A DNA stretch of 64,000 bases from Heterodontus francisci (taxonomy: Eukaryota). Every line of letters begins with the position of its first letter. Position 1 is the stretch's first letter. Under the pieces are notes generated by a model. It ran no database searches. It was given only the letters and a program-made list of their open reading frames with translations, and was not told the DNA's origin. Positions 13,599-26,479 of the stretch are shown piece after piece. Position numbers and translations under genes: made by a program. The stretch is taken from assembly GCF_036365525.1 (NCBI RefSeq), contig NC_090379.1, positions 32,851,790-32,915,789 on the forward strand, in the 5' to 3' direction.

Positions 13599-13694
13599 CT
13601 CATCCTCGGGATCTGGATAAGGCCTCTTGCAGGTACAGTATAGTCCAAAGAAATTGTCATTATATTTATTACCATAATTTACTTTTTCTTTTTC
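13599..13694 (-). CDS. UBR7: UBR7 coding exon 4
   Basis: 96 nt, cag/gtaaga boundaries, EKEKVNYGNKYNDNFFGLYCTCKRPYPDPEDE. Confidence 0.95.
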
Positions 13695-13785
13695 CTGTTA
13701 TAAAGAAAAAACAAAACTACAGAAAATCAGTGACAACCATTTTCTAGTTCATAAAATAACCACGAGCATTAAACTGCATCACACC

Positions 13786-14659
13786 TGTCACATGCACAAG
13801 AAGTCAGATGATACAAAAATTATGGACAAAAACTGAAGAGTTATAAAAACTGACTTCGTCTTTTTAAAAAAAAAGGACCTTTCTTTTAAAAAGTGGACAA
13901 CGTGCTCCAAAATGGTCAAAGGAAAAGTACTTTTCAAATTATATTCAAACTCTGACAGGGACAAAGGAAAATCTTCAAAGCTAAGAGGTGTCAATCGCAC
14001 CCATCATAAAATATTCCAGAATTGAGTGGGTTCTTCTGAAACAAAGAAGGTTCGAAGTAGCCACGTCCTGGGGCGTCTCTTAACAGGAGGCAAGATGTAA
14101 CACAGCTTTACTTTAAAAAGCAGCCAAGAGCGCGAGAGCAAGACACACATACCACACCAGCATCCCAGAAGCTTGTTCCAGCAAATCAGAAAGCACACGT
14201 CCTGCTGCAAAATTCTACATCTACACTTTATACAGCAGTGAACTAGAAGTGATCCACTGTCTTCAACTGAACTTTCAACCAAGATAGAAATCTACAAACA
14301 CCTCAGGCCTGCAACCAACGAGAACTTGACGTCCAAGAGAATTCAACAGGTTTACAGTGACTCCCCTCAAAACCTACCCCCCGCTTATAATTGCTTACCC
14401 CATTTTTCCTCTCTATCTGTCCCTTCTTGTGCATGCGTGCAGAATGCATGAGTGGATGTGGTTGCAACAATTTCGGATTAGGCGCATTGTTCAATAAACA
14501 AATGATTTTGTTTTTAAACCTACAAGAAACATGTCGCTGTCTGTTTATTTGACAAATAAAACACAAGGGGGTTAAACCCAATTAACAAAACACACTTGCT
14601 GCAGTCAGGTATGAGTAGAACAGAGGGAACCACCTAAATCTCACCATGTGGCCGTGACA
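13786..14659 (+). mobile_element. Solo LTR (Gypsy-like)
   Basis: 874 bp bounded by the inverted termini TGTCAC...GTGACA; flanks cacc/caac (4-bp TSD with one mismatch); AATAAA near 14493 and 14554. Confidence 0.65.
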
Positions 14660-15941
14660 CAACATAAATACTTTGAGTTTCATTTTTATCTCTAATAACA
14701 TTCTACAATGGTCATCTAGCTTTCTCTGATAATAAATAAAAGGAAAGCACGGATGGAATATTAAGTGACCCAGAATTCAAAGTAAAAGCTTCTAGAAAAT
14801 ACAACTGGAAAAGAACAATGGTGCAAACGTTGATGAATCACCAATTTCTTTTCCACAACTGCACATTGTAAATACAATTCAAGAGTGTGTAAGCTGGGAT
14901 GTGTATAGGTCCAAAATGCAGTGCTAACATTCTAGATCAGGGTGGCCAATAAAAAACCAAAAAAGAAAACGAACAGGACAAAGAGCCACAACATTTAATT
15001 ATAATGTCTCTGCCTGGTTTCTCTCATCCTCTCCTCCTCGGTCCAGCATTACCTGAACATTCTGGTCGTCCTCATTTCTCACGCTCTTTCTTTTCTTCAT
15101 CTCTCCTGTTCCTGCTTCATCTTTCCCCTCATTCCCCTCTCCCAGCCTCACACAATGATCAGCAGTGGGTTTTTTGATTCATAGACCTGGCACCTCCACT
15201 TCAGAAAGCAGCATCTAACTTTTTTCCTGCTGCATGAGATAGTAGCATCCATTCATCTTTTAGCAGGCTTCATTCAAGCAGATCAGAGGGGAATTTATGG
15301 TGGCGCATTTAGACCCAGTTATGGATTTATTAAAAATTATTCCACAAACATTATTGTTTCTAATCAGAGGACCATCTGGTACAATTGTTAATTAAAAAGT
15401 AAAACTAATTTCTAAATGGTCTTTAGTCACTGGAAACAATATTTCCAACCATCAGCTTTCAATGACATTTGAAATTTGACCTCTAAACAATGCTCGTAAA
15501 AAAATATTTTTCAGTGATTGTATGCAATAACTCAGTTAAATTAGAACAGGAACAATTTTTATTTCTATCTTCTGGAATCAGATCTCTTACAAAAGGTACA
15601 GAGATCACAGGACTTTTGGAACTGGATCCTTCTGATGAAGTCAATTACTAAAATTTGATTGTTGGGGAAGGGAGTGGGGAGGGACAACAGAATACTGTAC
15701 CTAAAAAGTAGTGAAGAGGAAAGACAATTGGGTAAAGTAAATGGAGCATGCAGTTTGCATCAAAAGCTAACACTGAGAAGTGCAAGATATGCTTTAAAAT
15801 GCCAGAATTGCCCATGGGCCTTAGCTCCTGCTAGCTTTGCAACAGCTCCTACAATACAAGGCCCATTAAAAAGCACATCGAAAAATAACCTGATTAAAAA
15901 AGGTTATTGGCCAGGGCAATGGCCATGCAACAGAAACTTAC

Positions 15942-16002
15942 CGAGAAAAATTTGCACTGCAGATTATCAAACTTGCTGTTTCCACAATCGCAACGAAAGT
16001 TT
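15942..16002 (-). CDS. UBR7: UBR7 coding exon 3 (UBR box end)
   Basis: 61 nt, tag/gtaagt boundaries, (R)NFRCDCGNSKFDNLQCKFFS; phase matches exons 2 and 4. Confidence 0.95.
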
Positions 16003-16896
16003 CTAGATGAATACAAGTAGGTTGCTATTAGTTGACATCTCTTAGCAATAGAAATAACCCTCCAAAAGTAGGATTTACAGTTTGACTACTGCTCTGTTAA
16101 AGTCAGCAATCATGCAGTAATTTAAATATTACTGAATTTTAGCTAAAGTTCCACTGATTCAACTCTTACAGGATATTACAAAAATCCATCACTGACAGTT
16201 TTTTTGGCAGTAGGCATTCTTGTTTATGGATACATTTTCCCCAGAGGCATCTGTAACAGATTTCACCAGAAGTTTTAGTTATTAACCTTAATGGGCCTTT
16301 GTCACCCAAACCTTCCACCTATTTGATGGTGTTCTGGAAGGACGAAAATCATTCATCTGGGGTGGCCAAGATCTTTGGCACAGTGGGACGTACACTACCA
16401 CCACACAAAGCTTCGAGGCCACATATAAATGTTTAAAATCAACATTCCCATTCATTTGCATAGACCTCCACTCACTGGTACCAGATCTTGATTTAGGATT
16501 TATCCACCAATTAGGCGATAGCAGCAAGAACAGCCCTTTCCAATCATCCAGTGCCACAAAATAAGAAACAGAAGCACAAATACAGCAACGTTGGGTGGAG
16601 CTCATGGGCACATTAACAGGGCTTGGCAGTTGCACATGGTGCAGGCTGCAGTTCAGACACGTCACCATTCTCCAACACTGCGAGCAATGAGCCCAGTATC
16701 CTGGTCTCAACCAACCTAAGTTGTTCAGTGCCCTCTTTTCAAAGAAATACATCTTGCTACTTGTCCAAAGCTTGCCCTTCACAAGCCCGAGGCTGTGCCC
16801 TCTTGCACCACTGCCTTAGTGCATGTTCTGGGTTTACCTTCTCTGTCTTAGTGCCTTAGCTCTCAGTTAGGAGGATTATGGAGGGTAACACTGTAC

Positions 16897-17030
16897 CTTT
16901 TAGTATACAATTCAAACAGCTCATGGCCTTCATGACACTTGTAGCTACAAGCTAGACAGATGCCAGCAGGCTGTCCTCCCTTCGGTGTACAGGTATTGCA
17001 AGCGTACAACGCCTGTCTCTTCACATAGCC
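16897..17030 (-). CDS. UBR7: UBR7 coding exon 2 (UBR-box zinc finger)
   Basis: 134 nt, ttgtag/gtacag boundaries, GYVKRQALYACNTCTPKGGQPAGICLACSYKCHEGHELFELYTKR. Confidence 0.96.
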
Positions 17031-17659
17031 CTACAAGGAAGACAGCAAAGTCAGAATGAAAAAGATTACAAAGTGCAGTAGTGACACCATGCACTAAATA
17101 GTGAAGATAGACAATTAATGCAGCAATTGGCAGAACAAATCCACAAGAGGCTAATCATGAGGTTAAATAAACTTTAGAGGAAGCAAAGTGCAAAACTTAG
17201 TCAAGCATGGGATTGAACTTGAGAATGCGATATTGTTGCACTACCTATCAATCTGCTGATGTATACAGAGTAATGCGGACCAGGAGATTTATGTTTGATT
17301 GCTGGTCTGTGTCAAGCTGATTTTGGACAAGGTGCTGATAAATCATCGAACTGAACACAGCCCAGGGATCGAATCCAGGAGTTGCCTGGGCTGTACAAGG
17401 TGTACTGGGTTATCTGCACCAGAATCCATATAGGTTGGTGATTTTCAAAATGCTCCAAAGCAAGAGACTCCCTACAAATATTGACACACTCCTGCAAATA
17501 GTAACATTCCTGAGGACCTGATCCTAACTTGAAAAATGTGCTAACTACTTAAAGGAAAATAAGGCACAGACAAATCTAAGTGTTTTTTTTTCCACAACTG
17601 CAGAAAACACTGTTGTACGCCAACAGAGGTATCTACTATTAACTCAATAATTACAGAAA

Positions 17660-18155
17660 TGTGACTACTTCTGGCTGACCTCCCATATTCTACCCTCTGT
17701 AAATTTGAGGTCATGCAAACCTCTGCTGCCCGTGCCCTTACTTGCACCAAGTCCCATTCCCCTAGCCGACCTACATTGGCTCCCAGTCAAGTAACACCTT
17801 GATTTTAAAATTCGCATCCTTGTTTTCAAATCTCTCCATGGCCTCACTCTTCCCTATCTCTGATCTCCTCCGGGCCCACAACCCTCATCTAATTCTGGTC
17901 TCATGAGCGTCCCCAATTTTAATTGCTCCACCATTGGCAGCCATGCCTTCAGCTGCCTAGGCCCCAAGCTCTGAATTCCTTCCCTAAACCTCTCTTTCTT
18001 CTAAGACCTTAAAACCTACCTCGGACCAAGCTTTTCACCATCTGTTTAGTATTGCCTTATGTGGCAAGTTGTGTAATTTTGCTTTATAGCATTCCTGTGA
18101 GGTGGCTGAAGATGTTTTATTATGTTAAAGGGGCTATATAAATACAAGTTGTTGC
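17660..18155 (+). mobile_element. L2 LINE 3' fragment
   Basis: SAARALTCTK..LHWLPV-type ORF2 end and tail gctatataaatacaagttgttg. Confidence 0.7.
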
Positions 18156-19050
18156 TGTTGTACTCCTCAACTGGCAGCTGAAGCAGTATACTAGGGTCAT
18201 TGTACAGTGTCTGCATCCACAGATGAATTAATTGCTGGGGCCCCTACAGCACAAACGTCTCCAGCTGCAATGTGTTCAGGGATTCGAATGCATACGATAC
18301 AGGGGCCCACAAAACTGGCAAACTATATAGCAGCACTGAGCAGTGACCCTCAATCCGTGGCTTGCAGAGTGCACAGTGACCCCCCCACCCCATCCCTGGG
18401 CCACACAGAGTAGGGACCCCACAGAATGTATAGGCACCCCCATATCCCTGGGTCGCCTGATGTCGGAGGCCGCGCTCTGGAGACAATTATCAACATTCCA
18501 AAAAGTAACCAAACGGCTCTGCTTTGGCCAATCACAGAAGCCAGAATATATTATATGAAAATGGCGCCAGAAGGCTCGTGTACCCGGGAAGGGGGACTGA
18601 TATTGACATGTAATTAACGCGGCTGCTATTGAACCAGCTGCCTCCTCGTTTATCTATAGGGACCAATCCTGATCAACGATAAACATTTTATCCTCAATCC
18701 AAGAGCCATTAAAAAAATAATAAACACGCCTTTGTTTCTGGTGACATTGAATGTACTGATTCGCATTAAAATCTGTTCAGCCAGTCTGAAACTGATCAGT
18801 GGAATCGAATGACTCCGGTCTTATTCTGGGTTAACTTTTTTTTTACTGGGGTGGGGGGGTGGGGGGTGGCTGGGATCAAACGACCCACAAAAAACGTTAT
18901 CTTTATTTTGTGCTGCGAATGCCCGTTGACGACTCCTTTCCCTAATCGGGATCTCCGACCGAGCCCAGTTTTATCTCTGCGCTGGCTTTGGTTGAAATCT
19001 ACGCAATTCCAAGGAGCCAAACACACAAAGAACTCATTCCCCAAACTCAC

Positions 19051-19200
19051 GTCCGAGTAAGAACATCTATCGGAGTCGCTGCCGCCCAAAACCGCGCAGG
19101 CTTCGTTCTCCAATTTCTCATTCTCTTCCAAAACATCAGCTAAAGAGACGATGGGATCCTCCTCCAGCGGCCGCTTCTGAGTCCCTTCATTTGCCGCCAT
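19051..19200 (-). CDS. UBR7: UBR7 coding exon 1 (E3 ubiquitin ligase UBR7, N-terminus)
   Basis: ATG in good context; MAANEGTQKRPLEEDPIVSLADVLEENEKLENEACAVLGGSDSDRCSYSD then donor gtgagt; later exons (6 onward) not found in the window. Confidence 0.96.
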
Positions 19201-19426
19201 CTCGAAATGTTACAAAGACTTCCGGGTTGGGGGCTATTTAAAGCTGCAAACCCCCCCCCCCCCCCCTCTCTCTTTTTTCCTCTGTTGCAGTATTTTAATT
19301 AAACAAAATGCGTGTTGCATAGCTTGGCTTGCCGCCGCTAACTTTTGGCCTGGTTTTTATTGTTACGTTCATCATAAGCTGCCTGTGTTTGACTTTAGGT
19401 CAAAGGTGCGGACGGAGGTTGTTGTG
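19201..19426. promoter_or_regulatory. Bidirectional UBR7/GON7 promoter and 5' leaders in a CpG-rich region
   Basis: Head-to-head start codons separated by 226 bp; ETS/GABP motif ACTTCCGG at 19218-19225; YY1-like agATGGCGGC over the UBR7 start; raised CpG density from ~18400 to 19750. Confidence 0.8.
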
Positions 19427-19646
19427 ATGGCGGAGTCTGAGTGTGAACTGTGCGGGGAGCTGAGTGACCGAGGCGGCGAGCGCCGACACTTCGCCGTCCG
19501 CTCTCAGCTCAGTATCCAGGGCATCCTCGGCGGCGTCCGGCGGCTGCAGCAGCAACTGAGCGGCCCGCTCAGCGAGCTCGTCCTGCAGGAGAAGCAGCAG
19601 CAGCAGCAGCGGGTCTGCGCTGAGAGCCCGGCCTCTAGCAGTGCTG
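19427..19646 (+). CDS. GON7: GON7 (EKC/KEOPS subunit, C14orf142) coding exon 1
   Basis: MAESECELCGELSDRGGERRHFAVRSQLSIQGILGGVRRLQQQLSGPLSELVLQE..., phase-1 donor G|gtaagt; syntenic position head-to-head with UBR7. Confidence 0.88.
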
Positions 19647-20049
19647 GTAAGTCTCAGAATCAGTACAGCTTCCCCTGGACTTGTGAAATATTACCAGGAG
19701 AGTGCTGGTTAATGGTGTAACCCGGTAGATCTCCTGTCCCACACGAAGTCAGAGTGTAAGGTTATAATACTTAACTCTTGGTGTTTCTGCTCTTTTTTTT
19801 TTTAACCCTGCCATGGTCTGCAGGACATATTTTTCTGATGGCTGTTGGGCTTTATTTCCATTGTGGTTTGAGAGAGGGATTATTCTCATTAGAACTGCAG
19901 GATCTGGAATGGAATGTGAAGGGTGGGTGTCTTTGCACATGTCCTGTCCCACAAAACAGCTTTTACACCCATCTACTTCATCCTTTCTGCACTTCATTGC
20001 TCGCATTCCCTTCCCGCCACCCCTGTATTCTGCCCTCCCTACCTAGGAA

Positions 20050-20430
20050 ATAACTTGCATTTGTATAGCACCTTTCACAACCTCCTGGTGCTCCAAAGAG
20101 CTCCACTGGCAGTGCAGTACTTTCTGAGTCACCCTTGTAATGTAGGCAAATACAGGAGTCAATTTTTGTACAGCAAACTGAATGAGATAAATGGCCAGAT
20201 AATTCATTTTGAGTGTTTGTTGAGTGATAGACGTTGTCCAGGATTCCAGGATAGCTCACCATGTCCTTTTAAATATGATCTTTTCCATCCATCAGTTTAA
20301 TGTCTTATTCAAAAACATTACCTCCTGACAGTGCAACATATTTTAGCACTACACTGAAGTGTCAGCCTAGAGTAGGTGCTTAAAACTCTGGAATTGGGTT
20401 TGGACCTGTAACATTCTGACTCTAAGTCAA
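20050..20430 (-). mobile_element. Deu-domain tRNA-SINE
   Basis: Reverse complement of the 4035 family: aacttgcatttgtatagcacctttcac tail through to the tRNA-like head. Confidence 0.6.
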
Positions 20431-21343
20431 GGTAAACACCCTGTAGTACCTCCTGTTCCTCTTTCCTGTTCCCCATGTATGCCCTCCCCTTCGCTTCTTT
20501 GGGCACATCTGCCTTTCCCTTTTGCGCCCTGCCTCCCTTCAACTATATATCTATCTTATACAAGTTCAAAGCAATGGTCTTCATAGTCTATTGTAGATAG
20601 CAATTCAGAATTGAGGATCAATGGACAAAGTGCCATATTTTTTAAACCCTTCTCATGCCTGGGATAGGAATGACGTGGAGAGGGACAGAAACTGTGCGGG
20701 GAATGGACCAAAAGATACCAAAAAGGAAGGGAAAAGAAAGAAGCAAAGTGTGTGGTGAAGAGCAGAAGAGAGTGTGTTTTTAATGAAAGTGGTGTGGCTA
20801 TTGGCATTGTGGGAAGCTACCCCCTCCCTCCCCCCCCCCCATTATAAATATTCTGTAGTCAGTCTGTTGTACATTTAGGTTTGGATTCCTACTTAGTTAC
20901 ATTTTCTGTATTGGTCTTCATGTGTTCACTTTTTTTCTTTTGAGGTATTCCAAACCCATGTTCCCAGAATTCTGTCAATGGTGCTTTGCAACTGTTTCAA
21001 GACATAAAAGAACAGCCTGGAGCGATTCCATCCCCTTGCCCCATCTCACATCTCTCCCCATGGGGAACCAGCTACTTTCTGCTTGCTTCGTCTTATAGTA
21101 CATTTCATATCTGCTGCTGCCCCTCTACATATCTTAAGATCAATGTTCAAGTTCAATAATTATTGTGACTTTGTCACTGGAATAAAATTAAGTATTTCGA
21201 AGAATAAAGCTTATTCCTGGCATTTTTAACTAAATGAATAGCTGGAAATCATTTGTCGCTTTTTAATGCAACTTACAAGTCTTGCTTTGTATTTTATGAA
21301 ACAGTGCATTGAAAAAAAATTCCAGATGCAACACTCTGTCATT

Positions 21344-24338
21344 ACAACATTACAGCGCAGTACAGGCCCTTCGGCCCTCGATGTTGCGCCGACCATCTGA
21401 CCTACACTATTCCATTTTCATCCATGTGTCTATCCAATGTCCACTTAAATGCCCTTAAAGTTGGCGAATCTACTACTGCTGCAGGCAGGGTATTCCACGC
21501 CCTTACTACTCTCTGCGTAAAGAAACTACCTCTGACATCTGTCCTATATCTTTCACCCCTCAACTTAAAGCTATGTCCCCTCGTGTTTGCCATCATCATC
21601 CGAGGAAAAAGACTCTCACTATCCACCCTATCTAACCCTCTGATTATCTTGTATGTCTCTATTAAGTCACCTCTCCTCCTCCTTCTCTCTAACGAAAACA
21701 ACCCCAAGTCCCTCAGCCTTTCCTCGTAAGACCTTCCTTCCATACCAGGCAACATCCTAGTAAATCTCCTCTGCACCCTTTCCAAAGCTTCCACATCCTT
21801 CCTATAATGCGGTGACCAGAACTGCACGCAATACTCAAGGTGCGGCCTCACCAGAGTTTTGTACAGCTGCATCATGACCTCGTGGCTCCGAAACTCGATC
21901 CCCCTACTAATAAAAGCTAACACACCATATGCCTTCTTAACAGCCCTATTAACCTGGGTAACAACTTTCAGGGATTTATGTACCTGGACACCAAGATCTC
22001 TCTGCTCATCTACACTACCAAGAATCTTCCCATTAGCCCAGTACTCTGCATTGCTGTTACTCCTTCCAAAGTGAATCACCTCACACTTCTCCGCATTAAA
22101 CTCCATTTGCCATCTCTCAGCCCAGCTCTGCAGCCTATCTATGTCCCTCTGTACCCTACAACACCCTTCGACACTATCCACAACTCCACCGACCTTCGTG
22201 TCATCTGCAAATTTACTAACCCACCCTTCTACACCCTCATCCAGGTCATTTATAAAAATGACAAACAGCAGTGGCCCCAAAACAGAACCTTGCGGTACAC
22301 CACTAGTAACTAAACTCCAGGATGAACATTTGCCATCAACCACCACCCTCTGTCTTCTTTCAGCTAGCCAATTTCTGATCCAAAGCTCTAAATCACCTTC
22401 AACCCCATACTTCCGTATTTTCTACAATAGCCTACCGTGGGGAACCTTATCAAACGCCTTACTGAAATCCACATACACCACATCCACGGCTTTACCCTCA
22501 TCCACCTGTTTGGTCACCTTCTCGAAAAACTCAATAAGGTTTGTGAGGCACGACCTACCTTTCACAAAACCGTGCTGACTATCGCAAATGAACTTATTCT
22601 TTTCAAGATGCTTATAAATCCTATCTCTTATAACCTTTTCCAACATTTTACCCACAACCGAAGTAAGGCTCACAGGTCTATAATTACCAGGGCTGTCTCT
22701 ACTCCCCTTCTTGAACAAGGGGACAACATTTGCTATCCTCCAGTCTTCCGGCACTACTCCTGTCGACAATGACGACATAAAGATCAACAACAACGGCTCT
22801 GCAATCTCCTCCCTGGCTTCCCAGAGAATCCTAGGATAAATCCCATCTGGCCCAGGGGACTTATCTATTTTCACTCTTTCCAAAATTGCTAACACCTCCT
22901 CCTTGTGAATCTCAATCCCATCTAGCCTAGTAGGCTGTATCTCAGTAATCTCCTCGGCAACATTTTCTTTCTCTACTGTAAATACTGACGAAAAATATTC
23001 ATTTAACGCTTCCCCTATCTCCTCTGATTCCGCACACAACTTCCCACTACTATCCTTGATTGGCCCTGTTCTAACTCTTATCATTCTTTTATTCCTGATA
23101 TACCTATAGAAAGCCTTAGGGTTTTCTTTGATCCTATCCGCCAATGACTTCTCGTGTCCTCTCCTTGCTCTTCTTAGCCCTCCCTTTAGATCCTTCCTGG
23201 CTAGCTTGTAACTCTCAAGCGCCCTAACTGAGCCTTCACGTCTCATCCTAACATAAGCCGCCCTCTTCCTCTTGACAAGCGCTTCAACTTCTTGAGTAAA
23301 CCACGGCTCCCTCGCTCGACAACTTCCTCCCTGCCTGACAGGTACATACTTATCAAGGACACGCATTAGCTGCTCCTTGAATAAGCTCCACATTTCGTTT
23401 GTGCCCATCCCCTGCAGTTTCCTTCCCCATCCTACACATCCTAAATCTTGCCTAATCGCGTCATAATTTCCTTTCCCCCAGCTTTAATATTTGCCCTGCG
23501 GTATATACCTGTCCCTGCCCATCGCTAAGGTAAACCTAACCGAATTGTGATCACTATCGCCAAAGTGCTCACCTACATCTAAATCGAACACCTGGCCGGG
23601 TTCATTACCCAGTACCAAATCCAATGTGGCATCGCCCCTGGTTGGCCTGTCCACATACTGTGTCAGAAAACCCTCCTGCACACACTGGACAAAAACAGAC
23701 CCATCTAAAGTACTCGAACTATAGTATTTCCAGTCAATATTTGGAAAGTTAAAGTCCCCCATAACCACTACCCTGTTACTCTCGCTCCTGTCGAGAATCA
23801 TCTTTGCTATCCTTTCCTCTACATCTCTGGAACTATTCGGAGGTCTATAGAAAACTCCCAACAGGGTGACCTCTCCTCTCCTGTTTCTAACCTCGGCCCA
23901 TACTACCTCAGTAGACGAGTCCTCAAACGTCCTTTCTGCCGCTGTAATACTTTCCTTGATTAACAATGCCACACCCCCCCCCTCTTTTACCCTCTTCTCT
24001 GTTCTTACTGAAACATCTAAATCCCGGAACCTGCAACATCCATTCCTGCCCCTGCTCGACCCATGTCTCTGAAATGGCCACAACATCAGGATCCCAGGTA
24101 CCAACCCATGCTGCAAGCTCACCCACCTTATTCCGGATGCTCCTGGCGTTGAAGTAGACACACTTTAAACCAAGTTCTTGCTTGCCAGTGCCCTCTTGCG
24201 TCCCTGTAATCTTATCCCCTACCTCACTACTCTCAACAGCCTTTACACTGGAACTACAATTTAGGTTCCCATTCCCCTGCTGATTTAGTTTAAACCCCCC
24301 CGAAGAGCACTAACAAATCTCCCCCCCAGGATATTGGT
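21344..24338 (-). mobile_element. Young CR1 LINE with almost complete ORF2 (APE + RT)
   Basis: 11-bp TSD actctgtcatt at 21333-21343 and 24339-24349; AISETW, GDFNFP, LDLVL, QHGFVKGRSCLTNL, GVPQGSVLGP and KFADD motifs. Confidence 0.96.
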
Positions 24339-24854
24339 ACTCTGTCATTTTAATTGTTAACATGCTACTTCCTTCCTTTTGATCATTGCTCAAAAAAGTA
24401 CTTGTAAGCACACAGTCATGCTCTTTTGGGGATAGCAGTATCCTAGACAAGTGCACTCTTGGCAATATTTCAGCGTGAAGTAGAAATTGCTATTTCAGCA
24501 TTATTTTAAAAATCACTGATTAAATCCACTAGTCTCTGCTCAGCATATCTACAGTATATCAGAAGTGATTGGTTTAGTTTAGTCAGGTTCTGACTACAAG
24601 CATGATTCATTTAACATTAATCTAATAACTCCCAAGCTAGCACATTTTAATAATGGGGGCTGGAGAACAGGCCAGCCTTTTGCCAACACTGTAAAATAGT
24701 AATGGCTGAAAATTTAAAATGTTTCATCAGTTAAAATCTTTGTTCCTTGTGATAGGGTATAGAATTAACTTTTGCATTTTCAAGGAAATCCTATTATATA
24801 AAACAAAATTCTTGACTGTTATCCCTTGTTAACTGTGAAATGAACAATTTCGGT

Positions 24855-24945
24855 AATAAAAAGGAACCATTGCAAATGCTGGAAATCTGAAATTAAAACA
24901 CATAAATTACTGGAAATATACAGCTGGTCAGCCAGCACTTGTCAA
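24855..24945 (-). mobile_element. Penelope pseudo-LTR fragment
   Basis: tgcaaatgctggaaatctgaaattaaaaca...ctggaaatatacagctggtcagccagca is the reverse complement of the 50017-50099 repeat. Confidence 0.6.
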
Positions 24946-26479
24946 GACTTGTCAAGGTAATTTTTTTTTGTTTTCAGTTTATTTCCCCCTAATTGGCCTG
25001 TGATTTTTAAATCTGTTTTGCCTTTCCCAGGAGATTACATGGCTCCTGGGTGGGTGAGGAGTGCGCATGTTGTGATGCCTACAACTGTGAGAGATTGTCT
25101 GAATGGATCAGTACATCTTTTCATTTGCATCTGTTTTGAATGTGTAACCCTTGACATAATGATGAGTATTTCCAGCAAGTTCTGCCTTTAAATTTGAGGA
25201 TTTCTTTACATCCAGAATTTCCTGGTTGCTTTGCGCACAATTATGCCATTTAAAAAAATATTTATATTTCCTTTCCCATTCTTTGTAGAATGATCTTCAT
25301 GATATTTCTGAGTAATTAAAATGAATGTTAGCAACCTTTTTATGATTCTCCTAACCTCACCCCCCCCCCCCCCCCCATGACACACACCCAAAAATGGAAG
25401 GCTTAGCTTTAACTTTGGATTTGTTCCTATTTCCCAGGGCTTTGTGAGAGGAGCTGCACTAATGTACAATTACTGAGCACAGCAACTGAACAGATGTGAA
25501 CATAATTTTACACTAAGGAAAACGTACATGTGTCTGTGACATTAGCCGTATTGACAAAGAAAATGTTTTTAATGCCAAGTGATGCTTATGATGTTGGGGA
25601 TCTTGGTTATAACTGACAATATGCGTATACAGGATAAAGCTGTTGACTAACTAAAGCTGAGCTTTATGCAAAGTGCAGTTTAGTGTATAATGCTACAGTG
25701 TTGGGATTTATAGAATTTTCCCCCCTTGGTTTAGCAGCAGTGCCAGTAAGTAGATAATGTACCTCATGATCCAGAATTGAAGATGGTTTGGTAAAGGAAG
25801 GCTTTGTACTTTTGCGAAGAAGGGAGTTGAGCTAGAGGTGACTATCTTTAATATGTTAAGAGATAGCAATGGATCAACTTAATTTAAAAATAAGGCAGGT
25901 GAGTGAGAATGTTACTAATGGTAAGTTGCAACATACAAAGTATAACAAAGCATTTACAGCACTGAAACATGCCATTTCAAACAATAGGTCCATGCCAGTG
26001 TTTATGCTGCACATGAGTCTTTTCCCACCCCAGTTCGTCTAACCCCATCAACAGATCAAAAGACTTACCATCTCTTTGCCTTGCCTGTCTGTCTTTATTT
26101 TGTTGCATGGGCATACTCTGTCCTTTTTTTCCCTCTCCTCTCGATTTGAGGTATGGGTAGTGATGAGGGGAATCATCTGTACAAGCAGTTTTCAGGGTTA
26201 GGGAGTCACCTGGGTTTGCAAACTTGCTTTGGAGCTATTAGTGGTGGGTTACAGAACAGCAGTGGAAAGCAATGCAAAGTGGGTGATGAAGCTCCAGTCC
26301 CTGATGCCTGCTTTTGCAGCCACATGGCCCCTGCCACCATGCCTACTCCTTAACAACCTGTTGCTCCTAGCACCTCCCTACTCCATTTTGTCCTCTATCG
26401 TCTCCTGCTTCTTCCCACGAGAAATTAGTTTCACTGAGACACAAAAAGAAAATGCTGCTGTTGGTGAAGCATTTGATTC

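Noticed and set aside
14935-15200. Possible hAT MITE starting cagggtggccaa
   Set aside because: No convincing matching right TIR or TSD
16288-16782. 164-aa minus-strand ORF in UBR7 intron 2
   Set aside because: No recognisable domain and UBR7 exons 2 and 3 join in frame without it; probably decayed repeat or chance
18796-19050. C-terminal 84 aa of the 134-aa ORF 18796-19200
   Set aside because: Read-through into UBR7 intron 1 past the gtgagt donor; homology stops at CSYSD
19385-19720. 111-aa ORF as a single-exon gene
   Set aside because: It starts at a GTG and runs past the donor at 19647; the real CDS is 19427-19646 spliced to 28982
21424-22772. Plus-strand ORFs of 100-145 aa
   Set aside because: Antisense shadows of the CR1 ORF2
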